Shown in pieces: positions 11,495 to 22,280 of a DNA stretch of 64,000 nucleotides. The notes under the pieces were generated by a model. That model was not told where the DNA came from. It saw only the letters and a program-made list of their open reading frames with translations, and did not search any database. The position numbers and the translations under genes were made by a program. The DNA is taken from IMG/VR virus record IMGVR_UViG_3300027969_000045, one strand, 5' to 3'. Origin of the DNA: a virus. Position 1 is the first letter of the stretch. Every line of letters begins with the position of its first letter.

Positions 11495-12130
11495 ATGGCA
11501 GATATAAGAGTAAGACTTGGATCGGAAAACGCAATTAAAGTTCCCGCTACATCTATTGTAGCGGGAGGAAAATTATATCAACTTTCTGATGTTGATGTAA
11601 GTAATGGACAAGTTGGTGGAATGGTTTTGGTGTTCAATTCCACTACATTAAAATGGCAGGCAACTAGCAATCCGGTTTTAGTTGGAACATTGACTGTAAA
11701 TGGAAATACTACACTTGGGCAAGTAAGTACAAATTTAAACACTTTTATTGGAATATCTTCTTTTTTGGGGAAGGTAAATATCGCTGGATCTATTACAAAT
11801 GCTGGTGGTGCAATATTTGATAACGTTAAAATTGATTCAAATATAATTTCATCTTTGCCTGGATCTGGAGATACTTTATATATTGATCCCTATCCAGTTG
11901 GAATAAACACCGGAGGTAAGGTAATAATTAAAGGAGATCTTCAAATTTATGGAGATACTATTTTTTCTGGAATTAGCACTAGAGGATCTGCGTATTTTAA
12001 TTCTGCTGGCAAATTGATTAGTACTAATTCTCCAGAAGTTGGATATGCGTCTACTTCAAATTATATTTTGACAACAGATAATTCAAATGTTCCGGTTTGG
12101 ACAAACATAATAGATGGAGGGCAATATTAA
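11495..12130 (+). CDS. Putative tail-fibre-associated structural protein
   Basis: LSDVDV...VLVFN..TLKWQA motif and C-terminal IDGGQY; Gly/Thr/Ser-rich. Confidence 0.55.
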   Translation: MADIRVRLGSENAIKVPATSIVAGGKLYQLSDVDVSNGQVGGMVLVFNSTTLKWQATSNPVLVGTLTVNGNTTLGQVSTNLNTFIGISSFLGKVNIAGSITNAGGAIFDNVKIDSNIISSLPGSGDTLYIDPYPVGINTGGKVIIKGDLQIYGDTIFSGISTRGSAYFNSAGKLISTNSPEVGYASTSNYILTTDNSNVPVWTNIIDGGQY

Positions 12131-12131
12131 A

Positions 12132-12323
12132 ATGAATAATGAAAATGATATTGATGTAACAATTCTAATAAATACATATTCGCAAAAAATATCTTCACTT
12201 TCAATTGAAAATATTGTATTGGAATCAAAAATTCAATCTTTAATTAAAGATTTTGAAAAAGAAAGATGTGAATTATTGGAAAAAATAAAAGAATTAAAAG
12301 AAGAAACTACTGATAAATATTAA
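12132..12323 (+). CDS. Small hypothetical coiled-coil protein
   Basis: Fills the gap before gp13; ATG at 12132 preferred because it avoids overlap. Confidence 0.6.
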   Translation: MNNENDIDVTILINTYSQKISSLSIENIVLESKIQSLIKDFEKERCELLEKIKELKEETTDKY

Positions 12324-12341
12324 AAGGAAGGTATTCAAATA

Positions 12342-13157
12342 ATGGCACAACCATCATCTCGCCAAGGATTAATTGATTATTGTTTAAGAAGACTTGGTTA
12401 TCCCGTTCTAGAAATTAATATTGAAGATGATCAAATTGATGATTTGGTAGATGATGCTATTCAATATTTTAATGAAAGGCATTATGATGGCATTGAAAAA
12501 GTATTTCTAAAGCACAAATTAGACCAAACACAATTAGATACAATAAGAACTGGTGTTACAACTTCAACTGCATCTTCGGTAGTAGGAATAACAACCGTAA
12601 GATATACGGAAACAAATAACTTTTTGCAGTTGCCAGATCACGTAATTGGTGTGAATAATGTATTTAAAGTAGATTCTAGTACAATATCCAGTGGTCTATT
12701 TAATATCAAATACCAACTGTTCTTGAATGATTTGTATTATTATGGAGCACTCGATCTATTAAACTATGCAATGGTAAAAACATATCTTGAAGATTTGAGT
12801 AGAATTATTACTCCAGATATTCAAATTAGATTCAATAAAAAAAATCATAGATTATATATGGATATTGATTGGAGCCAAATGGGTCCAAATAATTATTTAA
12901 TTTTTGATTGCTATAGATTAATAGATCCTTCAGATGCACCAAGCATTTATAACGATTGGTGGTTAAAAAAATATTTAACTGCTTTGATGAAAAGACAATG
13001 GGGTGTCAATTTAACTAAGTTTAATAATGTATCTCTTCCTGGTGGTATTCAATTTAATGGAGAAAGAATTTTAAATGATGGAATAAGGGAAGTAGAAGAA
13101 GCTGAAAAACAACTCAAGGATGAGTATGAAACTCCTCCAATGGATATGATAGGTTGA
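12342..13157 (+). CDS. gp13: Neck protein
   Basis: LIDYCLRRLGYPVLEIN, KRQWGVNLTKF..V.LPGG motifs; synteny. Confidence 0.93.
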   Translation: MAQPSSRQGLIDYCLRRLGYPVLEINIEDDQIDDLVDDAIQYFNERHYDGIEKVFLKHKLDQTQLDTIRTGVTTSTASSVVGITTVRYTETNNFLQLPDHVIGVNNVFKVDSSTISSGLFNIKYQLFLNDLYYYGALDLLNYAMVKTYLEDLSRIITPDIQIRFNKKNHRLYMDIDWSQMGPNNYLIFDCYRLIDPSDAPSIYNDWWLKKYLTALMKRQWGVNLTKFNNVSLPGGIQFNGERILNDGIREVEEAEKQLKDEYETPPMDMIG

Positions 13158-13161
13158 TAAT

Positions 13162-14577
13162 ATGTCTCCACTTAATCCTTATTTTTTAAATGGAACTGTC
13201 GGTGAGCAAAGATTAGTACAAGATTTAATCAATGAGCAGTTAAAAATGTTTGGGCAAGATATTGTCTATATGCCCAGAAAGATAGTAAATAAAAGTAATA
13301 TATTAAAAGAAGTAACTGTATCCAACTTTGATGATTCATATAGATTAGAAGCTTATATAATGAATTATCAAGGATTTGGTGGAAGGGGAGATATATTATC
13401 AAAATTTGGAGTTCAAACTACTGATGAATTAACTTTAATTATATCCAGAGAAAGATATGAAGACTTTGTTAGTACTTTTATTGTAAGTAGTGAAGAAATA
13501 GAGGTATCCACAAGACCTGAAGAAGGTGATATAATTTATTTACCTTTAGATAATACAATATTTGAAATTAAATATGTAGAGGCAAAGTCTTCATTTTATC
13601 AATTAAATAATCTTTATATTTATGAATTAAGATGCGAGGTATTTGATTATGAAGCAGATGAAAATATCAACACAGGCATCAGTGAAGTTGATGAATCTGT
13701 GAAAGATTTTGGATACATTACAACTTTAAATATGGTTAAATCTGATGCTGCACCAGCATCTGCAAATATCAATCTCGCATCTAGTCTTGCTGCCGTGTAT
13801 GGTGGTTCAGTTTCTAAAATTGATCTAATCAATGATGGTACTGGTTATTTGGCAACTCCAACAATTTCAATTTCTCGCGCAATTGTTGGGGGGATAAATG
13901 CAACTGCAGTTGCAATTATGACAAGTCGTTCCAATCAAACTGGAAAATCTATTGATAAAATAATGATTATAAATCCAGGAATTGGATATACAGTTATACC
14001 ATCAGTTACAATTGTGAGTTCAAGTGGTTCTGGTGCAATAGCAACAGCAATCGTATCATCTGGTTCTCTGAGTCCATTTGAAATTGTTAGTGGTGGTGTA
14101 GGGTATTCTACGAGTCCTATAGTAGCAATATCAACAGCACCTTCTGGCGGAACAAACGCAATAGCAGAATGTGTAATCAATTCTCTAGGAATAGTAACTG
14201 CCATTAGATATAGTAATGCTGGATCTGGATATACATCAATACCCTCAATTTCTTTCTCTTCACCTATTGGAGTTTCTACTGGAAATTATGTATTTAATGA
14301 AGTAGTTAAAGGTGTTTCTACAGGAACAACTGCACACGTTGCTGATTGGGATTATGATACAAGGATACTTAAAGTTAAAATAGCAAGTGGGTCTTTTGCT
14401 TTAGGTGAATCCATAGTTGGAATTGGAACTACTTTTGGTGGTTCCAATTCCAATTATAAACTTCTTTCAGTTAATACACAAGATGAATATGATCCATATG
14501 CAGAGAACATTCCTATTGAATCAGAAGCAGATGAATTTTTGGATTTTAGTGAGCGCAACCCCTTTGGAGATTTTTAA
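13162..14577 (+). CDS. gp14: Neck protein with internal GxGY repeat insertion
   Basis: EQRLVQDLINE, SKFG, RPEEGDIIY, C-terminal DFSERNPFG. Confidence 0.9.
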   Translation: MSPLNPYFLNGTVGEQRLVQDLINEQLKMFGQDIVYMPRKIVNKSNILKEVTVSNFDDSYRLEAYIMNYQGFGGRGDILSKFGVQTTDELTLIISRERYEDFVSTFIVSSEEIEVSTRPEEGDIIYLPLDNTIFEIKYVEAKSSFYQLNNLYIYELRCEVFDYEADENINTGISEVDESVKDFGYITTLNMVKSDAAPASANINLASSLAAVYGGSVSKIDLINDGTGYLATPTISISRAIVGGINATAVAIMTSRSNQTGKSIDKIMIINPGIGYTVIPSVTIVSSSGSGAIATAIVSSGSLSPFEIVSGGVGYSTSPIVAISTAPSGGTNAIAECVINSLGIVTAIRYSNAGSGYTSIPSISFSSPIGVSTGNYVFNEVVKGVSTGTTAHVADWDYDTRILKVKIASGSFALGESIVGIGTTFGGSNSNYKLLSVNTQDEYDPYAENIPIESEADEFLDFSERNPFGDF

Positions 14578-14606
14578 ATCTAAATACTTAATAAAAGGAC
14601 ATTATT

Positions 14607-15659
14607 ATGCTAGGAGAATACTATTACCACGAAATAGTCAAAAAAACTATAATTGCATTTGGCACCTTATTTAATAATATTAACATTAAACACAAAAAAC
14701 AAGATGGCAGTGATTATAGTACAATAAAAGTTCCTATTGCATATGGTCCAGTAGAGAAGTTTACGGCAAGATTAGAACAAAAACCAGATTTGAGAAATAG
14801 GGTTTCTATCGTTCTCCCAAGATTAGCATTTGAGATGACTAGCATTCAATACGATAATACTAGAAAAGTCTCTACTATGCAAACTTTTAAAGCATTAAGT
14901 TCTACAGATAATCAGGTAGTAAAGAAAGTTTTTATGCCTGCTCCATATAATATTGGCATTCAACTTTCTATTATGACTCAATATAATGATGATGCTTTGC
15001 AAATTATTGAGCAAATTCTTCCGTATTTCCAACCATCTTTCAATTTAACAATAAATTTGGTTTCCTCTATAGGGGAAAAAAGAGACATTCCTATGATACT
15101 TGAAAATATTAATTTTAAAGATAATTATGATAGTGGTTATGAAGAAAAAAGAATTATAATTTATGATTTAAGTTTTACTGCTAAAACTTATTTGTTTGGT
15201 CCCATTCCAGACAATACAGAAGGCTTTATCAAAAAAGTCCAGGTAGATTATTATTCTGATACAGAAACCAAAAATGCATCTAGGCAACTTCGTTATGTTG
15301 CAGAACCAAGAGCAATTAAAGATTATAATTCAGACAATACAACCTCTCTTGCACAAGATGTAGATGATAAAATTACTAAATTTATTGTAAATAATGCAAC
15401 TTCTCTTGTAGAAGATACATATATACAAATTGATGACGAAGAAATGTATATTAAATCTATATCTGGAAATACTATTACTGTATTAAGAGGTAGAGATGAT
15501 TCTTCTGTAGTTTCACATTTAAATGGTTCATCTGTAAATCTCATCAATGCTGCAGATGATAATTTGATTGAACAAACAGATGATTTTGGGTTTGACGAAT
15601 ATCGTTTTGATTATGGTGATGGTAAAATTTATAGTCCATCTAAAGGTATTGATGTATGA
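14607..15659 (+). CDS. gp15: Tail sheath stabilizer / tail terminator
   Basis: YYYHE..KKTIIAFGTLFN, VPIAYGP, QIIEQILPYFQP. Confidence 0.92.
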   Translation: MLGEYYYHEIVKKTIIAFGTLFNNINIKHKKQDGSDYSTIKVPIAYGPVEKFTARLEQKPDLRNRVSIVLPRLAFEMTSIQYDNTRKVSTMQTFKALSSTDNQVVKKVFMPAPYNIGIQLSIMTQYNDDALQIIEQILPYFQPSFNLTINLVSSIGEKRDIPMILENINFKDNYDSGYEEKRIIIYDLSFTAKTYLFGPIPDNTEGFIKKVQVDYYSDTETKNASRQLRYVAEPRAIKDYNSDNTTSLAQDVDDKITKFIVNNATSLVEDTYIQIDDEEMYIKSISGNTITVLRGRDDSSVVSHLNGSSVNLINAADDNLIEQTDDFGFDEYRFDYGDGKIYSPSKGIDV

Positions 15660-16078
15660 ATAACAAATTTGACGATATAAATCAAGCATTGGATATAGAA
15701 GCAACTTCTATAGAAAAAGAAATTGTAAAAAGATCTCCATCAAAATTATCTAGACCAACAGATAAGAATGATTTAGATGCTGATTATGAATATGCAAGAG
15801 GGCATTATTATGCCTTATTGGAAAAAGGCCAGGAAGCAATTGATAGTATATTAGAATTAGCACAAAGTTCAGAAAAAGCAAGAGATTTTGAAGTCGCTCT
15901 TCAAGGAATTAAAAGTATGGCCGATGTGGTAGATAAACTTATGGAGTTACAGCAAAAAAATAAAAAAATAAGAGAAGAAGATAAATCTAATCCAAAGAAT
16001 GTTACGAATGCACTTTTTATTGGTTCTACTGCAGAATTGCAAAAATTACTCAAGAAAGGAATCATAGATTCTAAATAG
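15656..16078 (+). CDS. gp16: Terminase small subunit
   Basis: DYEYAR...KGQEAI, NALFIGSTAELQKLLK; position. Confidence 0.88.
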   Translation: MNNKFDDINQALDIEATSIEKEIVKRSPSKLSRPTDKNDLDADYEYARGHYYALLEKGQEAIDSILELAQSSEKARDFEVALQGIKSMADVVDKLMELQQKNKKIREEDKSNPKNVTNALFIGSTAELQKLLKKGIIDSK

Positions 16079-16092
16079 TTAGAAAGTTTTAT

Positions 16093-17265
16093 ATGAAAAA
16101 TTTTAAAGAGTTTATAGATGAAACTAAAGTAATAAAATTAAAATCACATAAAACTGTAGATGAAATAGCAAAAAAACACAGACTTGATATTTCTTTTATA
16201 CAAAATCAACTTGAGATGGGAATACCAATCGAGCACGAACATACTCGTGATAAAGTTTTAGCAACTGATATTGCTTTGCAGCATTTAAATGAAATTCCGG
16301 ATTATTATACTCGTCTGAAAAAAATGGAGGCATCTGCAAAGAAAGAGCACAAAAAATTTAGAGATGTGGTAGAAGAAAAAGAGGAAAAAAGATATTGCAA
16401 TCTCTGTAAAAAAGAAGAATCGCAAAAAGAATGTAAATATGGTCCTGTTATGTGGAATATAAACACGGGAGGATTGACACAAAATCAAATTAAATTTAAT
16501 ACTACTAGAATACATCCTGCAAATGAATCAGTGACCATTGAAGATGCAAATGGCAATACTTTTTTGGAAGTTATTGATTTAATTAAACCAGAAAAAATGA
16601 AAGGTGTTAGTGAAGAAACAAAATCTGGTGACTCATCTCTTCACGATTGGTTTTCAAAAAGCAAGTCAAGTGACGGAAAACCAGGATGGGTTCAGTTGGG
16701 GGGCAGATATGCAGGGAAACCTTGTGCCAAACAACCAGGACAAAATACTAAACCAAAATGTGGTTCATCAAAAATGGCTGCAAATATGTCCGATGAGGAA
16801 GAAGATGCAGCAGCAAGAAGAAAAAGAAAAGAAGACCCAAACCCAGAAAGAATCGGGAAAGCAAAAAACGTTGCAACCGAAGAATTTGTAAATGAAGATG
16901 CTTGTAAAGAAAAAGTAAAATCTCGTTATAAGATTTGGCCTTCTGCATATGCATCTGGAGCAGTTGTTAAATGCCGTAAAGTTGGTGCGGCAAACTGGGG
17001 AAATAAGACAGAAAAAAATAATGTCTCGGAAAACTATCTGAGGATACAGACTCGCGGAACAACTTATAGTATAGTTCTCAATTGGAGAGGTAAATATATT
17101 ACAACTCAAATGTTCTTCCAACAATTTACTAGACCAACAAAATTAGAAGTAACAAGAGAAGTTAGAAAAGTTTATCCAAATGCGATTGTATTAGCATTCA
17201 ATCCATCATTAAAAGATCCAACAAAACCATTATTATTTACAGGACAAACCAATGAACCCAGATAA
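16093..17265 (+). CDS. Modular hypothetical protein with a capsid-targeting-like N-terminus (candidate internal head protein)
   Basis: Starts MKNFKEFIDE; contains a GIPIEHEHT...HLNEIPDYYTRL module and Cys-containing modules; CTAAATA at 16071. Confidence 0.65.
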   Translation: MKNFKEFIDETKVIKLKSHKTVDEIAKKHRLDISFIQNQLEMGIPIEHEHTRDKVLATDIALQHLNEIPDYYTRLKKMEASAKKEHKKFRDVVEEKEEKRYCNLCKKEESQKECKYGPVMWNINTGGLTQNQIKFNTTRIHPANESVTIEDANGNTFLEVIDLIKPEKMKGVSEETKSGDSSLHDWFSKSKSSDGKPGWVQLGGRYAGKPCAKQPGQNTKPKCGSSKMAANMSDEEEDAAARRKRKEDPNPERIGKAKNVATEEFVNEDACKEKVKSRYKIWPSAYASGAVVKCRKVGAANWGNKTEKNNVSENYLRIQTRGTTYSIVLNWRGKYITTQMFFQQFTRPTKLEVTREVRKVYPNAIVLAFNPSLKDPTKPLLFTGQTNEPR

Positions 17266-17440
17266 TATTGAACTTGACAATTTAAGTAAAATTTTTGAAT
17301 ATGAAAAAATATCAAGAGAATTAGAATCTTGCACTAATATTGATTTACTAAAAAATATTTGTAGGTGCTATGTGAAACTTTATTTAAAGCAACAAGAAAC
17401 ACTAACCTTACTGGATATGAAAGAATTTGAGGTAAAATAA
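17252..17440 (+). CDS. Small hypothetical protein
   Basis: 62-aa ORF tightly packed before gp17. Confidence 0.65.
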   Translation: MNPDNIELDNLSKIFEYEKISRELESCTNIDLLKNICRCYVKLYLKQQETLTLLDMKEFEVK

Positions 17441-17442
17441 GT

Positions 17443-19140
17443 ATGAGTAGTGGTGATCAGTATCTAGGAAATCCTTTACTAAAAAAGGCGAATACGCCAA
17501 TAGAGTTTACTAAGGATAATATTGAACAATACATAAAATGTAAAGAAGATCCTGTATATTTTGCAAGAAATTATATAAAAATTGTTTCTCTTGATCATGG
17601 TCTTGTGCCATTTGATATGTATAAGTTTCAAGAAAAACTTATCAGTAATTTCCATGATCATAGATTTAATATCTGCAAAATGCCAAGGCAGTCTGGAAAA
17701 TCCACTACTGTAGTTTCCTATTTGCTCCATTACGCAATATTTAATGATAATGTCAATATTGCAATTCTTGCCAATAAAGCGTCTACTGCCAGAGATCTTC
17801 TTGGGAGACTTCAATTAGCATACGAAAATCTCCCCAAATGGATGCAGCAAGGCGTCTTGATATGGAACAAAGGTTCACTAGAACTTGAGAATGGTTCCAA
17901 AATTGTTGCTGCTTCTACTAGTGCATCTGCTGTTCGTGGTGGATCATATAATATTGTATTTTTGGACGAATTTGCGTTCGTTCCAAATAATGTTGCAGAA
18001 GAATTTTTTAGTTCAGTATATCCTGTTATATCATCTGGTAAATCCACCAAGATGATTATTGTTTCTACCCCTCACGGGATGAATCATTTTTATAAAATTT
18101 GGCACGATGCCGAAAGAAAAAAGAACGAATATATACCAACCGAAGTTCATTGGAGTGACGTTCCTGGTAGGGATGAGGAATGGAAGCGCCAAACAATAGC
18201 AAATACTAGCGACCAACAATTTGAAGTTGAATTTGAGTGTGAGTTTCTTGGTTCTGTTGGAACTTTAATCAGTGCATCAAAATTGAAAAACTTAGTTTAT
18301 GACGATCCAATAGAAAGAAGTGGAGGATTGGATGTATATGAAGAACCACAAGAAGATCATACTTATATAATGACTGTGGATGTTTCAAGGGGATTAAATA
18401 ATGATTACTCTGCTTTTGTTGTTTTTGATATAACTACGTTTCCATATAGAATAGTTTCAAAATATAGAAATAATGAAATTAAACCTATGCTTTTTCCAAA
18501 TATTATTTTGGACGTAGCAAAAGCATATAATAAAGCATTTGTTTTGGCAGAAGTTAATGATATTGGAGAGCAAGTAACAAGTATTTTACATTTTGATTTA
18601 GAATATGATAATATTCTAATGTGTGCGATGAGAGGTAGAGCTGGACAATTGGTTGGACAAGGATTTTCTGGAAAGAAAACTCAATTGGGCGTCAAAATGT
18701 CCAAAACAGTAAAGAAAGTTGGTTGCTCTAATTTAAAAACGATTGTAGAAGATAATAAATTAATATTCAATGATTATGATATTATTAGTGAACTGACGAC
18801 CTTTATCCAAAAAAATCAATCATTTGAAGCTGAAGAGGGATCAAATGATGACTTGGTAATGTGTTTAGTTATCTTTGCTTGGTTGGTTGTCCAGGATTAT
18901 TTCAAGGAGATGACTGAAAATGATGTTCGTAAAAGAATATATGAAGACCAAAAAGAACAAATAGAACAAGATATGTCTCCTTTTGGATTCATTACTGATG
19001 GTCTAAATAATGAAAATACTTTTGTTGATACTGAAGGAGATACTTGGAAAGTTATTGGTGGCAATCAAGTTCAAGGTGATGAAAATGGATGGCATCTTGA
19101 TGAGTATGGGGATAGTTCATATATGTGGGAATATAGGTAA
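17443..19140 (+). CDS. gp17: Terminase large subunit
   Basis: PRQSGKST Walker A, FLDEFAF Walker B, nuclease motifs VDVSRG and NDDLVM; no intein seen. Confidence 0.97.
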   Translation: MSSGDQYLGNPLLKKANTPIEFTKDNIEQYIKCKEDPVYFARNYIKIVSLDHGLVPFDMYKFQEKLISNFHDHRFNICKMPRQSGKSTTVVSYLLHYAIFNDNVNIAILANKASTARDLLGRLQLAYENLPKWMQQGVLIWNKGSLELENGSKIVAASTSASAVRGGSYNIVFLDEFAFVPNNVAEEFFSSVYPVISSGKSTKMIIVSTPHGMNHFYKIWHDAERKKNEYIPTEVHWSDVPGRDEEWKRQTIANTSDQQFEVEFECEFLGSVGTLISASKLKNLVYDDPIERSGGLDVYEEPQEDHTYIMTVDVSRGLNNDYSAFVVFDITTFPYRIVSKYRNNEIKPMLFPNIILDVAKAYNKAFVLAEVNDIGEQVTSILHFDLEYDNILMCAMRGRAGQLVGQGFSGKKTQLGVKMSKTVKKVGCSNLKTIVEDNKLIFNDYDIISELTTFIQKNQSFEAEEGSNDDLVMCLVIFAWLVVQDYFKEMTENDVRKRIYEDQKEQIEQDMSPFGFITDGLNNENTFVDTEGDTWKVIGGNQVQGDENGWHLDEYGDSSYMWEYR

Positions 19141-19151
19141 GTTTAGCAATT

Positions 19152-19159
19152 TATAAATA
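19152..19159 (+). promoter_or_regulatory. T4-type late promoter for gp18
   Basis: TATAAATA in the intergenic gap before gp18. Confidence 0.75.
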
Positions 19160-19196
19160 CTTCTAGACAAAATGAAACTTCTTTAGAGGGAAAGAC

Positions 19197-21599
19197 ATGT
19201 CGCTAAACTTAGTATCTCCAGGGGTCAATATAAGAGAAGTTGACTTAACTATTGGGGGAATTACTGCATCAAATGAGCAGGTTGGCGCAATAGCAGGTCC
19301 ATTTTCAAAAGGACCAGTCAATGTACCTATTTTAATTCAGAATGAGAATGATCTTCTCAATACATTTGGAAAACCACTTTCTACCGATTCTCAATACGAG
19401 TATTGGTTGAGTGCTTCTTCATACTTATCATATGGAGGAATTCTCAGAGTTCTTAGAACAGATGGAACTACATTAAATAATTCAAACGCTTCAACAGTTG
19501 GCAGTGGTTCAACTACTTTGAAAATTTCTTCATATGAAGATTATATCAATAGCTATTCAACAGCATCTTCTTGGTCCTATGCATCAAGAGATCCAGGAAG
19601 TTGGGCAAATAATTTAAAAGTATGTGTAATTGATGCTGCTGCAGATCAAAGAGTTGCAATTGGAACTTTTGGAATGTCAGTTGGGTATGGCATTACTGTT
19701 GGATTGAATACTTCATATGCTAATACAGATGGTACTGTTGGTTCATCTGTTGGTTATTTGAGAGGAATTATTACTAATGTTGGAAATCAATATGTTGATG
19801 TAAAAGTAACTGACAGATACGATAATGCTGCTGGAACCTCAAGTTTAGTTTCATATTCGCAAAATAGCATCAATTCTTTCCAATCTGGTGTTGGTGTAGC
19901 TTATATCAAAACATCTTCTGGAGTTTCAACTTCAATTGAAGTAAATAGATTCTATGGATCTATTGGTTCTGGTTCTACAATTATCCTACCACCTTCAATT
20001 TCAGTATCACTTCCTACTGTTGCTATTGGCAATTTAGTTCAAACAATATCTAATGGTATTGTAAATGAATCTACTATCGTAGGATTAAGTACAACTCTTG
20101 TGAATGGATCACTACAGACAACTATTGTAACCAATACTGCTTCTGTTGGTGTAGGGACAAATGTTGAGTTTGTAGTAAAATCTCCAGCAGCATCTGGAAT
20201 TAATTTTACGACTGGTCCATCAACTCCAACTGTTGTTTCCGATTGGTACAATCTTCAAACTCTTGGACTTACAAATTCAACAGTTTATTGGAAGACAATT
20301 GCAGAAAGACCTTCCACTTCACAATATGTAAATGATAGAAGCGGAAAAAATGATGAGATTCACATTGTAGTTGTAGATGATAGTGGTTCTGTTACCGGAG
20401 TTGCTGGTAATATTGTAGAGAAATTTACATATTTGACAAAAGCATTTGATGGTAAAATTTCACCTACACAATCTGTATATTATAAAGATTTTATTTCTGC
20501 AAATTCAGAGTATATTTTTGCGGGTGCTGCACCAACTGGTTCTGCTACTGGATTCACAAGCACTACTGGATATACAAATACTAATATTGGTAACTGGGCA
20601 CAAAATGCTCAAGGCACAACCTTCTCTGGCGTAGGAAATATTACTTATAATTTGACTGGTGGTGTTGATTATTCTTCTTCTGGGGGAATGGGCGCTACTC
20701 TTGCTAATATTATTACTTCTTATAATGTTTTATCCAATCCAGCAGAATATCAAGTCAATTTCTTAATTAATGGTCCTTCTGGTGGTGCAACAATCTACGA
20801 ATCTCAAGCAAAAGCAAATGCTTTAATTGGAATTGCCGAAGCAAGAAAAGATTGTGTTGCTGTAATTTCCCCACATAAATCCGGAATTGTAAATATTACA
20901 AATTCCGATACTCAAACCACTAATGTTATTAATTTCTTTGATCCAATCACATCCAGTTCTTATGCTGTATTTGATAGTGGTTATAAGTATATGTTTGACA
21001 GATTCAATAATACTTTCAGATACATTCCCTGCAATGCCGATGTTGCCGGTCTGATGGCTAGAACATCTATTAACCAATACTCTTGGTTCTCTCCTGCTGG
21101 TGCCTCTAGAGGGGCAATTAATGGTGCCGTAAAGCTTGCTTACAATCCATCAAAAGCACAAAGAGATCTATTGTATCCTAAGAGAATTAATCCAATTATT
21201 TTCTCTCCTGGTGCTGGCATTATTCTTTATGGAGACAAAACTGCACTTTCATATACTTCTGCTTTTGATAGAATTAACGTTCGTCGTTTATTCCTCACAA
21301 TTGAATCTACAATTGAAAGAGCAGCAAGAGCGCAGTTATTTGAATTCAATGACATAATTACAAGATCAAATTTTGTAAATATTGTTGAACCATATCTTCG
21401 TGATGTAAAATCAAAGAGAGGCATTATTGACTTCTTGGTTGTTTGTGATGAAACAAATAACACTCCCGACGTGATTGATGGAAATCAGTTTAGAGCTGAT
21501 ATCTTTGTTAAACCTGCAAGATCAATTAACTTCATCGGACTTACCTTTGTTGCTACACGCACAGGTGTAAGTTTTGAAGAAGTTGTTGGAAACGTTTAA
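19197..21599 (+). CDS. gp18: Tail sheath protein
   Basis: LVSPGVNIREVDLT, WFSPAG, FDRINVRRLF, KPARSINFI. Confidence 0.96.
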   Translation: MSLNLVSPGVNIREVDLTIGGITASNEQVGAIAGPFSKGPVNVPILIQNENDLLNTFGKPLSTDSQYEYWLSASSYLSYGGILRVLRTDGTTLNNSNASTVGSGSTTLKISSYEDYINSYSTASSWSYASRDPGSWANNLKVCVIDAAADQRVAIGTFGMSVGYGITVGLNTSYANTDGTVGSSVGYLRGIITNVGNQYVDVKVTDRYDNAAGTSSLVSYSQNSINSFQSGVGVAYIKTSSGVSTSIEVNRFYGSIGSGSTIILPPSISVSLPTVAIGNLVQTISNGIVNESTIVGLSTTLVNGSLQTTIVTNTASVGVGTNVEFVVKSPAASGINFTTGPSTPTVVSDWYNLQTLGLTNSTVYWKTIAERPSTSQYVNDRSGKNDEIHIVVVDDSGSVTGVAGNIVEKFTYLTKAFDGKISPTQSVYYKDFISANSEYIFAGAAPTGSATGFTSTTGYTNTNIGNWAQNAQGTTFSGVGNITYNLTGGVDYSSSGGMGATLANIITSYNVLSNPAEYQVNFLINGPSGGATIYESQAKANALIGIAEARKDCVAVISPHKSGIVNITNSDTQTTNVINFFDPITSSSYAVFDSGYKYMFDRFNNTFRYIPCNADVAGLMARTSINQYSWFSPAGASRGAINGAVKLAYNPSKAQRDLLYPKRINPIIFSPGAGIILYGDKTALSYTSAFDRINVRRLFLTIESTIERAARAQLFEFNDIITRSNFVNIVEPYLRDVKSKRGIIDFLVVCDETNNTPDVIDGNQFRADIFVKPARSINFIGLTFVATRTGVSFEEVVGNV

Positions 21600-21619
21600 T
21601 TCAATAGAGGAAACCCACA

Positions 21620-22255
21620 ATGGCTAACTTAAACATTCCAAATACAAAAGACAGAACCCTTGATCAATTCAAGGGAAGAATGCTCGGGGGTGGAGCGAGA
21701 CCTAATTTATTTGAATGTGAATTGTTTTTTCCTTCCGATTCAATTCCAGTAGGAACTACCGAAGATGCGCTTTCGGATAAAACTAGATTTTTAGTCAAAG
21801 CTGCAAATCTTCCTGCTTCTACTCTTGGAGTTATTGATGTTCCATTTAGAGGAAGAAACCTCAAAATTGCTGGAGATAGAACATTTGACCCTTGGACCAT
21901 TACCGTAATTAATGATTCCGATTTCATAATTAGAACTGCTTTTGAAAGATGGATGAATCTTATCAACAAGCACGAGGATAATGCCGGAAAAAATAATCCA
22001 GTAGATTACCAAAAAGAAGTTTATGTGAAGCAATTTGGAAGAGCTTTAACTAATGGTTCAACTCCAACAAGTGCAACTCAAATTCCAGTATTGAAGCAAT
22101 ATAAATTCTACGGAGTTTTCCCAACTTCAGTAAGTGATATTGCTCTTTCGTATGATTCTTCAGATACAATTGAAGAATTCACTGTAGATCTTCAAGTTCA
22201 ATGGTGGGATGCTCTTGATCCTTCTGGCGCAACTCAACTTGGAACTGGAGCATAA
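21620..22255 (+). CDS. gp19: Tail tube protein
   Basis: GGARPNLF, FRGRNLKIAGDRTFDPWTITVIND. Confidence 0.95.
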   Translation: MANLNIPNTKDRTLDQFKGRMLGGGARPNLFECELFFPSDSIPVGTTEDALSDKTRFLVKAANLPASTLGVIDVPFRGRNLKIAGDRTFDPWTITVINDSDFIIRTAFERWMNLINKHEDNAGKNNPVDYQKEVYVKQFGRALTNGSTPTSATQIPVLKQYKFYGVFPTSVSDIALSYDSSDTIEEFTVDLQVQWWDALDPSGATQLGTGA

Positions 22256-22280
22256 ATAGTAGAAACTGATTTAATTATTG

